Below, one piece after another: positions 38,085-56,039 of a stretch of 64,000 nt of DNA (its first letter is position 1; the number at the start of each line of letters is the position of its first letter). This DNA is from the human T2T-CHM13v2.0 reference genome, Homo sapiens. The translations under genes were made by a program, and so were the position numbers. The stretch lies in NCBI RefSeq assembly GCF_009914755.1, contig NC_060926.1. One strand, written 5' to 3'. The notes under the pieces are model-generated. The model was given only the letters and a program-made list of their open reading frames with translations. It searched no databases and was not told where the DNA came from.

Positions 38085-38304
38085 TTTTTCATTTTTATTT
38101 TTTATTTTTTTAGAGACAAGGTCTCACTTTGTTGTCCAGTCTGGAGTGCAGTGGCATGATCATAGCTCACTCTAACCTCAAACTCCTGGGCTCAAGCTCC
38201 TTCCACCTCAGCCTCCTGAGTAGCTAGGACAACAAGTGCCACCAAGTCTGTTTATTTTTTTTATAATTTCTTGTAGAGACAGTGTCTCATTACGTTTCCC
38301 AGAC
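38085..38304 (-). mobile_element. AluJ, 5'-truncated
   Basis: gatcatagctcac and ctcaaactcctgggctcaag J diagnostics; sits in an L2-like context. Confidence 0.85.
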
Positions 38305-38774
38305 TTCATGTATCTTCCTAATACCTTCATTTCCCTTTGAATCTAGGTCCAGAATTCCACATCTTTTCCTTCAACAAGAACTTGTGGAACAAATGAATAA
38401 GTGGATGAATAAATAGATGGACGAGTGGATATGTAATGCCCCTAGGGCTAACTAAAGAACCAGAAAGCTTCTAGTTAAAATTCTCTTGGCTCTAAGTCTC
38501 AGTCTTTTATCCCAATTAATGGTAGAAAGATAATTCTCTATGATATTTTATGAAAATAAGGTTAAGAGAAAAGAGGTGGGGAAGAGTAAAACTGTACTGC
38601 AATTGCTAAAATTGTTTAGAAGATTTGGGAAATAAGCAGGCCTGTAACTAAAAACTAGTCACAATGGGATACGGACGAGCTGTAGTAAACTATGATTTGT
38701 CTGTATGCCTTTTCCTAGCAATAACCTTTGACTCCCAACATCAGCTATTCTTCATGTGAACCACCTACCATATA

Positions 38775-38968
38775 AAGCATGATTTTTCAAATTTATGCTA
38801 CTTCCAAATCCTTTCCAAGTTCAGACAAACTTTAAAAGTAACTCATGCCTATAGTCTACAGTGTCAAACCACCTGAGTTTTTTATTCAGTAGGTCTGGGT
38901 TGGGTCCCAAGAGTTTCCATTTAAACAAATTTTTAGCTACTTTTGATGCTGCCAGTATGAGGACAATA
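38775..38968. mobile_element. MER5-like fragment
   Basis: attcagtaggtctgggttgggtcccaagagtttccatttaaacaa...tgatgctgc. Confidence 0.6.
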
Positions 38969-40313
38969 AACAGGGTATCACAGCTCCTGGAGACTGGATG
39001 GTAGCTGTACTACATTACTACAATAATAATGCTAATTACAAGAATTGAGAAGTAGCCTAGCCACATCTGAATGACACTAGAAAATTTTCTAAAGAAAAAG
39101 ATAAGAATCAGGTTCAACTATTGGAATGGAAGAACAAAGATCTCTGAAAACCTACCCTTCCATAACAATAACAGGGATATTGGCCCCAAAAAAACCTCAA
39201 AAAAAAACCTGTCAAAATCAACTTTTTAAAAATTCTGGAAAGTATGCAAAAGTCTGCCACAATCTGAGAAGTGTTTAGTTAAAAAAAAAAAAAGAAAAAA
39301 AGTTGAATCCTATAAAAACAATAAGCTTTGTGATGGTTTAGTATGTCCAAATTTTATCTCCCTTTCCAGCTCTTTAGTGACCTTGAAAACCAACATTCTT
39401 GCAACTATGGTAGACTATGAGCCATTGGAAGAGGTAGAACTGAATTTAGCCCATCACATCCATCACATGCCTCATTCCCAAAGAATGTTCACTATTTATG
39501 ACAGCTCACTGTCTTTATTTGACCAGACTCAGAGTTAGCTTAGTGCAAACAGCCATACTAGAAGGGCATTTATAGAAAAAATAAATAATGACAACTGATT
39601 AACATTATAGCTGCCTGATGCAGCATTGCCAGTTGAGGATAAGAGGCTGATTTTTTTTTAAAGCACTGAAAAGTGAAATATCCATAGGAAACTTTGCAAA
39701 GCTTTCACATATTCCTGGGAATTAGAAGTCATTCATGTATGCAGGGCTGTGCTCATGGCCTATATCAGGTAAGATTTGAGTAGACACTAAGCTCTCATTG
39801 CTATCAGACCTTAAGGCTGTAGACAGCAAAAAGAGAAGTCTAAGGCAGGGTTTTAAACTGCCTACCAAAGCACTGAAATGTACCCAACACATATTGGTTC
39901 AAAGCATTTAAGATGTTCTCTAACCAATCATTAACTGACCAAGAAGGTAACCAAATAGAAATATCATAGACCACACACAACAAAGAATACAGACTTTACA
40001 TAATAGTCCAGATAAGTCAATAAACGAACAAACAGCAGTAACAACAAGCCCAGGTGTGTGGGGGTGATCATCTTCTTTCTATAATTTAAAAATTACATCA
40101 TTTTAAATGTCCAGTTTTCAATAATAAAGATGAGACACTCAAAGAAACAAGAAAATAGGCCTATACATATGAGAAAAGTCAATAGAAATGGTCCCTGAGA
40201 AAGCCTAGATGTCAGACTTACTAGATAAAGAACTGACATTCACTATTAGAAATATATTCAAATAACTAAAGGAAACCTTGTGTAAAGAAGTAAAGGATGA
40301 GAATGATTCCCTA

Positions 40314-40848
40314 TGTGAACCCCCAAATATCTGAGACAGGTCTCAGTCAATTTAGGAAGTTTATTTTGCCAAAGTTAAGGATGTCCCCCATGACATAGCC
40401 TCAGGAGGTCCTCATGACATGTGCCCAAAGTGGTTGGAGCACAGCTTGGTTTTATACATTTTAGGGAGATATGAGACATCAATCAATATATGTAAGATGT
40501 ACATTGGTTTGGTCCAGAAAGGCAGGACAACTCAAAGCAGGGAGGGGTCTTCCAGGTCATAAATAGATAAGAGACAAATGGTTGCATTCTCTTGAGTTTC
40601 TGATTAGCCTTTCTTAAGGAGACAGTCAGATACGCATTTATCTCAGTGAGCAGAGGGGTGACTTTGAGTTCTGATTGTCCTTTGTCTACAAGGAAATTCC
40701 TTGTGAGGGAGGTATGTAGCTTTTTTATCTTAGTAGCTATCGTTTTTAGGAATAGAATGGGAGGCAGGTTGTCCCTAAGCAGCTCCCAGCTTGACTTTTC
40801 CCTTTGGCTTAGTGATTTTGGGGTTCCAAGATGTATTTTCCTCTCATA
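40314..40848 (-). mobile_element. MER4A-type ERV1 solo LTR nested in L1M
   Basis: tctgagacaggtctcagtcaatttag...cttgacttttccctttggcttagtgattttgggg. Confidence 0.85.
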
Positions 40849-41589
40849 GCTGCTATATAGAGAATATCAATAAAGAGTTAGAAATTATTTAAAATAATCA
40901 AATGGAAAGTTAAAAAGTACAATAACTGAAATTAAAAAATTCCCTAGAGCAGTTCAGCTGCAGATGCGAACTGTCGAAAAGAAAAAATCGGTTAACTTGA
41001 AGAAAAATCAATTGAGAGTATCCAGTCTGAAGGTCAAAAAGAAAATATAAGAAAAATAAATAAGTAGAGCTTCAGAAATCTGTAGAACCTCATCAGGCAC
41101 ACTATTTTACACATATTCAGAGTGCCAGAATGAGGGGCAAGAGAAAAAGGGGTATAAAAATATTTGAGGACATAATGGTCAAAAACTTACCAAATTTTAT
41201 GACAAACATTAATCTACATATCCAATTAGTTCAATGAACACCGTGTAGAATAAACTAAGGAGATCCACACTGAGACACATTACAGTCAAACTGTTGAAAA
41301 ATAAAGACCCTTGAAAGCAGCATGAGAAAAGCAAGTCATCATGTGTAATCAGTACTCAGTGAGATTAACAAAAGACTTCTCAGCAGAAACCATGAAAAGA
41401 AAAACACTATCAACTAAGACTTCTGTGTCTAGCAAAACTATTTTTCAAAAATAATAGAGAAATTAAGACACAGAGAAAACTGAGAGAATTTACCACTAGC
41501 AGTATAAAAAATATTAAAGGAGATCCCTAGGGCTAATATGAAAGGTCACTAAACAGTAACTTGAATCCTTATAAAGAAAAATGAATACT

Positions 41590-41720
41590 CCGGGGATAGA
41601 TATGCCATTCCCCATAATGTGCTTATTTCATACCGTACATATGCCCATATCAAAACATCTCATGTACCCCATAAATATATACACTTACAGTATACCCACA
41701 AATTTGTTTTTAATTTTAAA
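41590..41720 (+). mobile_element. L1MA1-3-type 3' end nested in L1M
   Basis: atcaaaacatctcatgtaccccataaatatatac; TSD-like aaagaaaaatgaatac / aaagaaaaactgaacac. Confidence 0.8.
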
Positions 41721-42790
41721 AAGAAAAACTGAACACCATTAAATGCAAAAATAAAAATAATATAAATATATATTTTTTTAAAACACTTTTCTTCTCCTAT
41801 TCAATATGAGACAGCTACACAACTCAATAATTGTCAATTATGTAAAAGGGCTTATAATGCATAAAGATGTATTTTGGATGCAAATAGCACAAACATACCA
41901 TGAGAAAGAGTTATGTCAGAGCAAATATTTGTATACTATTTATTATAAATTAAGTTTTTATTAGTCTAAACCACATTGCTTTAAATTAGATGTTAATTAT
42001 AAACCCTAGGGAAATCACTAAGAAACAGTTCAAGAACAAATGTTAAAGTAAATCACAGGGAAATTAAAATGATATACTAGAAAATATCTAACAGAAAACA
42101 AACCAGTAATGATAAAATCGAAAAACTAAAAAAAACCCAGATGTAAGCCATATAAAGCAAGTAAAACATCAGACATAATGACTACCCTATCCATAATTAA
42201 GTTAAAAGTAAATTAAATTGACACTTTATTCAAAAGAAAATAAATATATTTATTGAATATATACCTTTTAAAAAGTAAATTAAAATTAAATTTAAAAGAA
42301 TTAACAAGAAACAGATTCCAATATATGTTATACACTGTCCACAAGAGAAAAACTTCAAATTCAGAGACACAAACAGGTTAAAACTAAAATGCTAGGAAAA
42401 AAGATATATGATTCATTAGTACCCAAATAGCCATGCAGTGGCTATAATAACATCAGACAAAATATACTTTAAGACAAATTGTTACTAGAGGCAAAAAAGA
42501 ACATCTTATAATAATAAAATAGTCTATTATTTAAGACATAAAAATTATAAACCTATATCCACCTAGCAAAAGAGTCCAAAAATGCCTTAAGGAAAAACAG
42601 AACTGAAAGAAGAAATAGACAGCTGAATAACAATAGTTGGAGAACTCAGTACTTCACTTTCAATAATGGATGGAATAACTGGCAGAAGATCAGCAAAGAT
42701 GTGGAAAAGTTGAACAACATTATAAATGAACTATTAATATAAACCTCATAGATAGATGTAAAACATTCTACCCAAAAACTGCAAAATACG

Positions 42791-43113
42791 CAATAGTCCC
42801 CTTTATCTGCAGGGGATGTGTCTCAAGACTCCCAGTGGTTGCCTGAAACTGATAATACTACTGGACCTTATATATGTTGTGTTTTTCTCCTATATGTACA
42901 TGCCTATGATGAAGTTTAATTTATAAATTAGGCACAGTAAAAGATTATCAATAATGACTAATAAAATAGAACAATTATAACAATATATTGTAGTAAAAGT
43001 TATATAAATATGGTCTCTCTCTCTGTCTCTCTCTCTCTGTCTCTCTAAATATCATACTGCATCATAGGTAACTGAAACTTCAGAGAGTGAAACTGTGGGT
43101 AGGCAAACTACTA
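42791..43113. mobile_element. MER44A (Tigger7-derived) nested in L1M
   Basis: caatagtcccctttatctgcagggga...aagtttaatttataaattaggcacagtaa...gtaactgaaact. Confidence 0.8.
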
Positions 43114-43560
43114 TACATTCTTCTCAATGCATTTGGAACATTATTCAACTTAAACCATATATAGGCCATAGAACAGGCCTCAATAAAACTTTATAATGAT
43201 TAAACCTTCCAAAAAGTATGCTTTCTCATCAAAAATAAAATTAGAAATCAATCACAAAATTCACAAACATATGGAAATTACACAGCACAGTGTTAAATAA
43301 TGGATAGTAAAAGAAATTGCTTAAATGATTAAATACTTGGAGATGAGTAAAAATGAAAATACAGCATACTGAAAGTTATGGGATGCAGCCAAAGCAGTAC
43401 TTAGAAGATAATTTATAGCTATAAATGCCTATATTTAAAAAGAAGAAAAATCTAAAATTAATAACCTAACATTTCACTTTAACAAAAAAAGAAAAACAGG
43501 AAAATTCAACCCAAAGAAATCAGAAGTAAAGATATAATAAAAACTAAAGCATAAATAAAG

Positions 43561-44380
43561 AAAACATTATTGGATCTAAGGATGGGAAATGTTCTTAATG
43601 TCTTCATACAAAGGAAAAAACCTAACAAACTAGACAATAAAATTTTATGGATTTCATTACTTTAAAATTTAGAGTTTATATTAAACAAATTACAACTCTA
43701 AACAAAAGTAATAGAGATATGAGATTGGAAGAAGATATTTGCAATCCATAAAACTCACAAGAGTATCACCTAGAACTAAACTGTTCAATACATAGTCACT
43801 GGTCACATATGGTTATTTACATTTGAATTTAAATCAATTACATAGAATTATATTTCAGTCCCTCAACTGAACTAACCATATTTTAAGTACTCCCTAGCCA
43901 GATGGCTGGGGGGACCATGTTAAACAGTTTGATATAGAACATTTCCATAATCAGAGAAAGCTCTATGAAACAGACCTAATCTAGAATATATCACAAACTT
44001 ATAAAAATTAACTACAAAAACCAGGAAACTCAAAATAAACGTGAGTAAAAATATAAATAAACATGTCATAGGAGGAAAAGTCTAACTGGTTATCAAGATT
44101 TCCACATATGCCTTAGTAGGAATCAGAGAGAAGAAAATTAAAAGCAATGAGATGCCAGGTTAGACCCATTTGACTAACAAAAATCTAAAAGTAGGGTTTT
44201 AGCAAATTTTGGTGAAAACTACAAGAAATGAGAAACTTCATTGAGTGTTGATGGGGGTGTAATTAACATAGTTGTTGTGGAAAGCATCAGCAACATTTAG
44301 TAAAATTAAGAATAGATATCCTAGCATTCACACACCTGGTTGTATATATCAGAGAAATTCTCATCCAAACTGATACGATA
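43561..44380 (+). mobile_element. Older L1ME-like late-ORF2 fragment
   Basis: gattggaagaagatatttgcaat; aaattaaaagcaatgagatgcca. Confidence 0.6.
43775..43978. mobile_element. MER3/MER33 hAT-Charlie MITE
   Basis: ctgttcaatacatagtcactggtcacatatggttatt...atagaacatttccataatcagagaaag. Confidence 0.75.
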
Positions 44381-44408
44381 CAAACAGTCACAGTCCTGGA
44401 TGCTTAAT

Positions 44409-44461
44409 CTATTATTTTTGAGCTAGTTCAGTAGGTCTGTTATTTTGAGCTAGTTCCGTAG
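44409..44461. repeat. Tandem duplication, ~28-bp unit x2
   Basis: ttatttttgagctagttcagtag / ttattttgagctagttccgtag. Confidence 0.85.
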
Positions 44462-45002
44462 AATTTACTAGAATTCTTGCTCTTTCCTTCTGTTTCTAAC
44501 AAATTTTACTCACATACAGTTGCTTTCAGGATATACTGAAAGCAAAAGTCTTGCCCTGATTTCTGAATAAATGTAAAAAAAAAAAAGGGCAATAGTGTAC
44601 ATTGGTAACACCAAAAGCAGAACTCAAGTGTTTAAGAACAGTCACCAAGTACATGGTTGTCATAAACTTTGGGTCCATAGGCAGGATATGAATATGGGGA
44701 TGGTAAAATTATATTCTACCTTTCTTTGTGACAGCAGATCTACTGTTTTTCTTGTCCCCTCCCTCCCCAATCAAGTGAATATTAGTATTTTTATTTGCCG
44801 ATTCACCAAGCCAACTCTAGCAGCCTTGTACTTGGAGGTAATTCTTCTATTCCTGTTATTCTTTGCTTTTGGATTTGTTATTGTAAGCTTTTTAAAATAT
44901 ATATACAAATTTCATGCATGGACACTTCATTGAAAACTGAGAAATACTATAACAAGAGCTGCCAGGTAGGCACTATTTGAAACCTATTTCAAACTATTTG
45001 AA

Positions 45003-45144
45003 ACAACACAACATGCAGGGCAACTCGGTTTGACTTAAAAGCACAACTTCTAAAGTCCAAAAATTCCTCCACATTCAGGCCCCACAATGGGCATGAGAGA
45101 AAAGGCTGAGCAGCTGTGGAACACCTCACTCTGGGAAGATTTAA
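45003..45144 (+). repeat. 142-bp dispersed direct repeat, copy 1
   Basis: 135/142 identical to 46771-46912, ungapped; also visible as the shared peptide in ORFs 44989-45207 and 46745-46969. Confidence 0.95.
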
Positions 45145-45231
45145 TCTAGTGTTTGGAATCTGATAATCTAGTGGAAATATGGTCCTTGGGCTCAGTGGAA
45201 ATGTCAAGCATAGAGATGGTACTTTTAGTAT

Positions 45232-46322
<1,091 letters not shown>

Positions 46323-46770
46323 AGCATTGTGGATGGGTCATCTGTCTTTGGCAGCCAGGAGGCAAAAAGACATAGAGGATTACTCCTCAGAAGAATACTG
46401 AAAGAGGAGGCATACTCAACAGAGATGGTGTCATCTTTATAAAAGAAGATCAAGAACGATGTCACAGAATTGAAGGAGAAAAGAGACCCAAAGGAGAAGG
46501 GTGGTTAAGTTCAACATGCTGCAAAAATATCAAGAGGAATGCAAACTAGAACTGACAAAGGCATTACAAGAAAGGTCAATGATACTTTACAGAGTCCAAA
46601 GGCTTTAACAACCAATTCCTAGTCAAAAAGAATCATGGCATCTGAAGCTCTCAGCTTGAACAGCAGCAGCGGCCTGAAGTTCAGAGTAACAATCAAACTC
46701 ACAAGACAGAAAAAGCTATACCCAGAGCCAACTTTATTTAGCTTTCAGAAAGGATACATGTAGGAGGACC

Positions 46771-46912
46771 ACAACTCAACATGCAGGGCAACTTGGTTTG
46801 ACTTAAAAGCGCAGCTTCTAAAGTCCAAAAATTCCTCCACATTCAGGCCCCACAATGGGCATGAGAGAAAAGGCTGAGCAGCTATGGACCACCTCACTCT
46901 GGAAAGATTTAA
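46771..46912 (+). repeat. 142-bp dispersed direct repeat, copy 2
   Basis: Partner of 45003-45144. Confidence 0.95.
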
Positions 46913-49067
46913 ATTCTGGGGTCTTTTCAGTTTTTCTACCTTACTAGTCATGTATCTCCTCAAGGGCATCCTACTGGTGCATAGTCTTATGCAGCTGTCT
47001 TAGGGCAGCTGAATATCATCAGTATCAGTTACTGATTACTCAATAAATCATGTTGACAAGGAGTTAAAGGTGCTTATCCGTTGCATAGTCACCTTGGTTA
47101 GGGTCTCATTTATTTTAAATCTGCTATACTTTTATCAAATCTTTGAGTTAATGTTGCAAGAATGATTTGACCAAGGAAAAAATATTGGGGCTATAGGAAA
47201 CATCACATATCAACCTTTCAAGCAGAGGAAACACAGCCATAACTCAGTGTCTGAGTGCTTTCTCTAGAGTCTGCACTCCACTCACTCACACTGCAGTAAA
47301 TTTTTCCATTGTTGTTTATTCTATATCGATATCATGTTCCATCTCTCTGATGTCTCCTCAACTCTATGATTTCAGCAAGGTAACCACTCTGAGCTGAGAA
47401 GCCCATCTTCATTTATAGGACCTTCTTTTGTACCATACCATCTCACACAGCCTGCACTTATAGTGCATTTACAGTAGTCAGTGTCTTTGCTTCAACCCTG
47501 GACTCATTTATTTATTCCGTCCCAATGTATAACCCTGACCTCCAGCTGCTTCAGGATGGTCAAGTTTGTAAAACTAGTAGGAACCATATTGCAAATGTTG
47601 CCTAATGGGAAGAAATAATATTACAGTCTATTAGAGTTGCCAACTTTGCAAAACTGCTTACTGACCACTGGAGATTCTTAGACTTTACACTAAAAAGCTA
47701 CATGATTATTTTATGTCAATCCCATTTTACAACCAGGAATTGTAAGTAACATACAATGTAGGGGATAATTCTGGTAGGTGGTAAGGTGAGGCTGCCTTCA
47801 AACCAATTTGGGGGAGCAGATTTTTGACTAATCCCAAGAACTAAGATGAGAAATCACAGATCTTATTTTCTGGTTTTTTTTCTCTCCCCATATGCAACTT
47901 CACACACATGTACATAAACACTACATGCATTATCCCCACACACCTACAACATACACACAATATCCTACTTATCTATCCTGTAAGTTACCTGTCATGCTCT
48001 TACCCTCTCCATAGTACCCTCTAGCAATGAAGAGGAAGAAGGAGGAGGAGGAGGAGGGCAGAATAGACCTTCCTCAACTTATGCCATTGTCAGATAGGAG
48101 GATTCTGGATCTAAGGATACACCAGATAGTCAATGAATTTTCCAGGTATACCGCAGACTGAAAGACAGCTTTCCACGGAGAAAACACAGAAAAGGATAGT
48201 CTTACCCACATGAACAGAAAAGCCTGACAAAGGGTTGTATCCATCTCAATCCTGCTACCTTAAGGAAATGCTCCTAGCCTAACAAAAGTATGCCAAAACA
48301 TGTATGTGTACAGTTTTCTGTGCAAAACATAGTGTTCAGGATGTCATTTGTTATGAATCTATTTTAACCCACTAGCACACTGCTGTATCTTTGTTCTTTC
48401 TGCTCTAACTCCTGACTTCAGGTATTGGACTTTGAGTTTTTGTCTGGACTTCCCAGACTGTCATCACAGGTAATTGACTTCTCAGACTTGGAACTATTCA
48501 GTTCCATCCTGCAGTCAGTGGATGATTCCTACTCTCTAACCTGGCATCTCTGCCTGACTCTGAGAATCCGTCCCATCTTCTTCCATTAAGATAGTATATG
48601 GCTTGAGATTCTAAAACATCCACTTCTTCCTCCATGCCCAAAGTACAGCCTTAGAGCCTGGACCTTTGACATGTGGTGAACTTTGAGAAAGTGATTTTCA
48701 CAGAGAACATAAAGAATAAATTTATTATTATTATTATTATTATAATACTTTAAGTTTTAGGGTACATGTACACAATGTGCAGGTTAGTTACATATGTACA
48801 CATGTGCCATGCTGGTGTGCTGCACCCATTAACTCGTCATTTAGCATTAGGTATATCTCCTAATGCTATCCCTCCCCCCTCCCCTCACCCCACAAGAGTC
48901 CCCAGAGTGTGATGTTCCCCTTTCTGTGTCCATGTGCTCTCATTGTTCAATTCCCACCTATGAGTGAGAACATGCGGTATTTGGTTTTTTGTCCTTGCGA
49001 TAGTTTGCTGAGAATGATGATTTCCAATTTCATCCATGTCCCTACAAAGGACATGAACTCATCATTT

Positions 49068-51510
<2,443 letters not shown>

Positions 51511-51534
51511 TTAGAGTTGTTTCTGGTATTCTCA

Positions 51535-52229
<695 letters not shown>

Positions 52230-52292
52230 AGACTATCAAGACTAGGAAGAAACTGCATCAACTAACGAGCAAAATAACCAGCTAACATCATA

Positions 52293-53206
<914 letters not shown>

Positions 53207-53499
53207 TGAGAAGGAGAAACTGGATGGTGAAGGGATTAGAAGGCACGGATATGAGCCACCTGTTCTATTAATGACAGAATGGCATGAAAAGGAAATGAGC
53301 ATTAGTGGTGATAGTAGCAGCTTCCATTTAGGTGGTTACTTTAGGTCAACCACTCTTTTAGTAAATTTTATTTAATTCTTACAATAACACTTTGGAATAT
53401 ATTTTGTCAATTACATTTTACAAATGATGAAACTAGAGCTAAAAACTCTTAATTTGTCTTAAGTCTTTCAGCTAACAAGTGTCAGGGTCAAAGTTTTGT

Positions 53500-54410
53500 T
53501 CCTCAATCCTTCCATCCCCCAACCTCTGGTAACCACAGTTTTACTCTCTGTTTTGAGAGGTGTTTATTATCATTGTTGTCACTTGCTTTTTTGCAGGGGT
53601 GGCTGGGGAGGGGGTGGTTCTGGGAAAAAATGGAAAATCTGCTAGACAAATTTGAAAAGAGCTGCAATTCTTACTCTCTACTTTTATGAGTTTGGCTCAT
53701 TTAGAGTCTATATACAGTGAGATCATGCAGTATTTATCTTTTTGTGCCTGTCTTATTTAACTTAATGTAATGTCCTCTAGCTTCATTCATGTTGTTGCAA
53801 ATGATAGAATTTTCCTCTTCTTCCTTTTTTGTGGCTGAATAGTATTCCACTCTGTATATATACTCCATTTTCTTCATTCAGTCACTCATTGACAGACACT
53901 TAGGTTGATTTTGAATATTAGTTACTTTGAATAGTGCTGCAATAATCATGGGAGTGTGAATACCTCTTTGACATATTCATTTCATTTCTTTGGATATATA
54001 CCTAGAAGTGGAATTGCTGAGTCACATAGTAGTTCTATTTTTAATTTTTTGAGGAACTGTCATACTGTTTAACATAATGATTATAGTAATTTTCATTTCC
54101 ACCAATAGTGTGCAAGGGTTCCCTTATCTCTACATCCTCACCAACACTTGTCATTTTTCATATTTTTGATAATAGCTGGTATTATAACAGGTATGAGGTG
54201 ATATCTCATTGTTACTTTAATTTGCATATCCTGATGATTAATGATGTTGAGCAATTTTTCACAAAACTATTGGCCATTTGTATGTCTTTTTTGAGAAATC
54301 TCTATTGAAGTTCCTTGTCTATTTTAATCAGATTGTTTTCTTACTATTGAGCTGAATTCATATATATATATAAGCTTTTTAGTTTGATATAATTCTATTT
54401 ATCTATTTTG
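53500..54410 (-). mobile_element. L1MA/L1MB 3' fragment
   Basis: ctggtaaccac...gtgagatcatgcagtattt...ggatatatacctagaagtggaattgctgagtca. Confidence 0.9.
53610..53667 (-). pseudogene. RNU7: U7 snRNA retropseudogene
   Basis: Minus strand TTGCAGCTCTTTTCAAATTTGTCTAGCAGATTTTCC... versus U7 GTTACAGCTCTTTTAGAATTTGTCTAG; Sm-type site AATTTGTCTAG intact; TSD TTACTCTCT at 53541-53549 and 53671-53679. Confidence 0.85.
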
Positions 54411-54999
54411 CAGAGTCAAGATTTGAACTCAGGCATGCGGTTTTTTTAGAGTTGATAACATTGACAACCAGCATAACTAAATTTTCATATATATAAAATT
54501 TAGGAAAACAGCCAGTATGGTTAAGCAAGGTTTTGCCAAACATGGAAGTTATTTCTGAAAAGCTACTCCCTTTCTCATCCCTCCATTTTGTTTATAATAA
54601 AATTGAGGGCAACAACTAGGTTTCTCTCATCCCTGAGTTACAATCTAAGGCTAGTTTTACGAGTAATAAATTCTACATTCTAAGAATGGTAAGGGAATTA
54701 AGCATGAACCTCATAAGCTTATTAGACTTATAGACTATGAAAGTGGGCCTGAGGATCAAAAAACGAGGAGTAATGAGACAAAATAGAAATCCCTAAGTAT
54801 ATTGTTAAAAACACTAGCTCAATGAGTTATCAAACGCTCATACACACCCTCACAAATAATATATACTATATCCCCCATAAACATAATAATTCCTTGGTAA
54901 TTTTATAAAATTCTATAGTATAGAAAACTGTTTTAAAACTTTTGTTGTCTAAAAATGTTCTCGGATTCTCTACAGATGCTCCCGTTGAGTAGGACCTTG

Positions 55000-55417
55000 A
55001 GTTGTGGCAGGCTTTGCAACGTTTTTGCCAATTAAATATTATGAAAATGATGTTATGCAGCATCTGGGCCAGAATCCACAAGGTCTTCTCCTCTCATCCT
55101 CTTGAACCCCTATAATACCAGATGCAAAAGCTAGGCTAGTCTCTCTGAGGGTGAGAGATCACACAGAAAGGGAGGCCCAGCTGTTAGACAGCATTAACCA
55201 CCACACAGGGGAGTGAGGCCATCTTAGACCATCCAGCCCCAGCCAAGCCACCAGATGACTGTACCATATGAATGGCCATAGACAAGACCAGTGAGGAATT
55301 TCCCACCTGGCCCGGCCCAAGTTGCTGATTCACAGAATTTTGAGCAAATACACAATGTATTGTTTGACACCACCAAGTTTTGGGGCAGTTTGTTACATAG
55401 CAATAGATAACTGATAT
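55000..55417 (+). mobile_element. MLT1H/G-type MaLR LTR
   Basis: gagtgaggccatcttagaccatccagcccc...ttttggggcagtttgttacatagcaatagataactgata. Confidence 0.8.
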
Positions 55418-55441
55418 AACTTACTTTCAACCATCACTCCC

Positions 55442-55859
55442 TGTTGTGGTTCAGATGTGTGTCCTCTCCAAACCTCAGGTTGAAAAGTGATCCTCAGTGT
55501 TGGAAATGGGGCCTAATGGGAGGTATTGGATCATGGCAATAGGTCCCTCATGAATGGCTTCTTGCCATCCCTTTGGTTATGAGTGAGTTCTCTCTGTGAG
55601 TTCACATGAGATCTGGTTGTTTAAAAGAATGTGGCACCTCCACCACTCCGTCTTGCTCCTGCTCTTGCCACATGACATGCCTGCTCCCCTTTGGCCTTCT
55701 GCCATGTTTGTAAGATTCCTGAGACCCATACCAAGAGCAGATGCCAGTGCAGTGCTTCCTGTACAGCCTGAAGAATGATGAGCCAATTAAACCTCTTTTC
55801 TTTATAAATTACCCAACCTCTATTAGTTCTTTATAGTGATGCAAGAATAAACTAATACA
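55442..55859 (+). mobile_element. MSTB-type MaLR solo LTR
   Basis: gtgagttcacatgagatctggttgtttaaaaga; aattaaacctcttttctttataaattaccca; exact TSD CTCCC at 55437-55441 and 55860-55864. Confidence 0.92.
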
Positions 55860-55987
55860 CTCCCAAAACTGATTTGATCTTGAAACACCTATTTTATTAA
55901 GCACCTAATTCACATCTCTAGGAAGATATTTGGGGGAATGAGGAGACAGAAGTTTTCATCCTTATGTCACATAAACTTATTTAGTAT

Positions 55988-56039
55988 CTTAAGGAATACT
56001 ATGTGGGAAAATGCTTAAGGAATACTATGTGGGAAAATG
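55988..56039. repeat. Perfect 26-bp tandem duplication
   Basis: (cttaaggaatactatgtgggaaaatg)x2. Confidence 0.95.

Larger units (their letters stand above)
39110..43560 (+). mobile_element. Ancient L1M (L1M4/L1MC-type) with 5'UTR, ORF1 and ORF2 endonuclease remnants; contains nested insertions
   Basis: Strong A-skew; degenerate ORF1 (gagatccacactgagacacattacagtcaaactg) and EN (aatagttggagaactcagtacttcactttcaataatggat); no open frames. Confidence 0.8.
53330..54440 (-). mobile_element. MIR split by an L1MA/MB fragment
   Basis: cattttacaaatgatgaaactagag...cagctaacaagtgtcagggtca, resuming cagagtcaagatttgaactcagg at ~54411. Confidence 0.7.
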
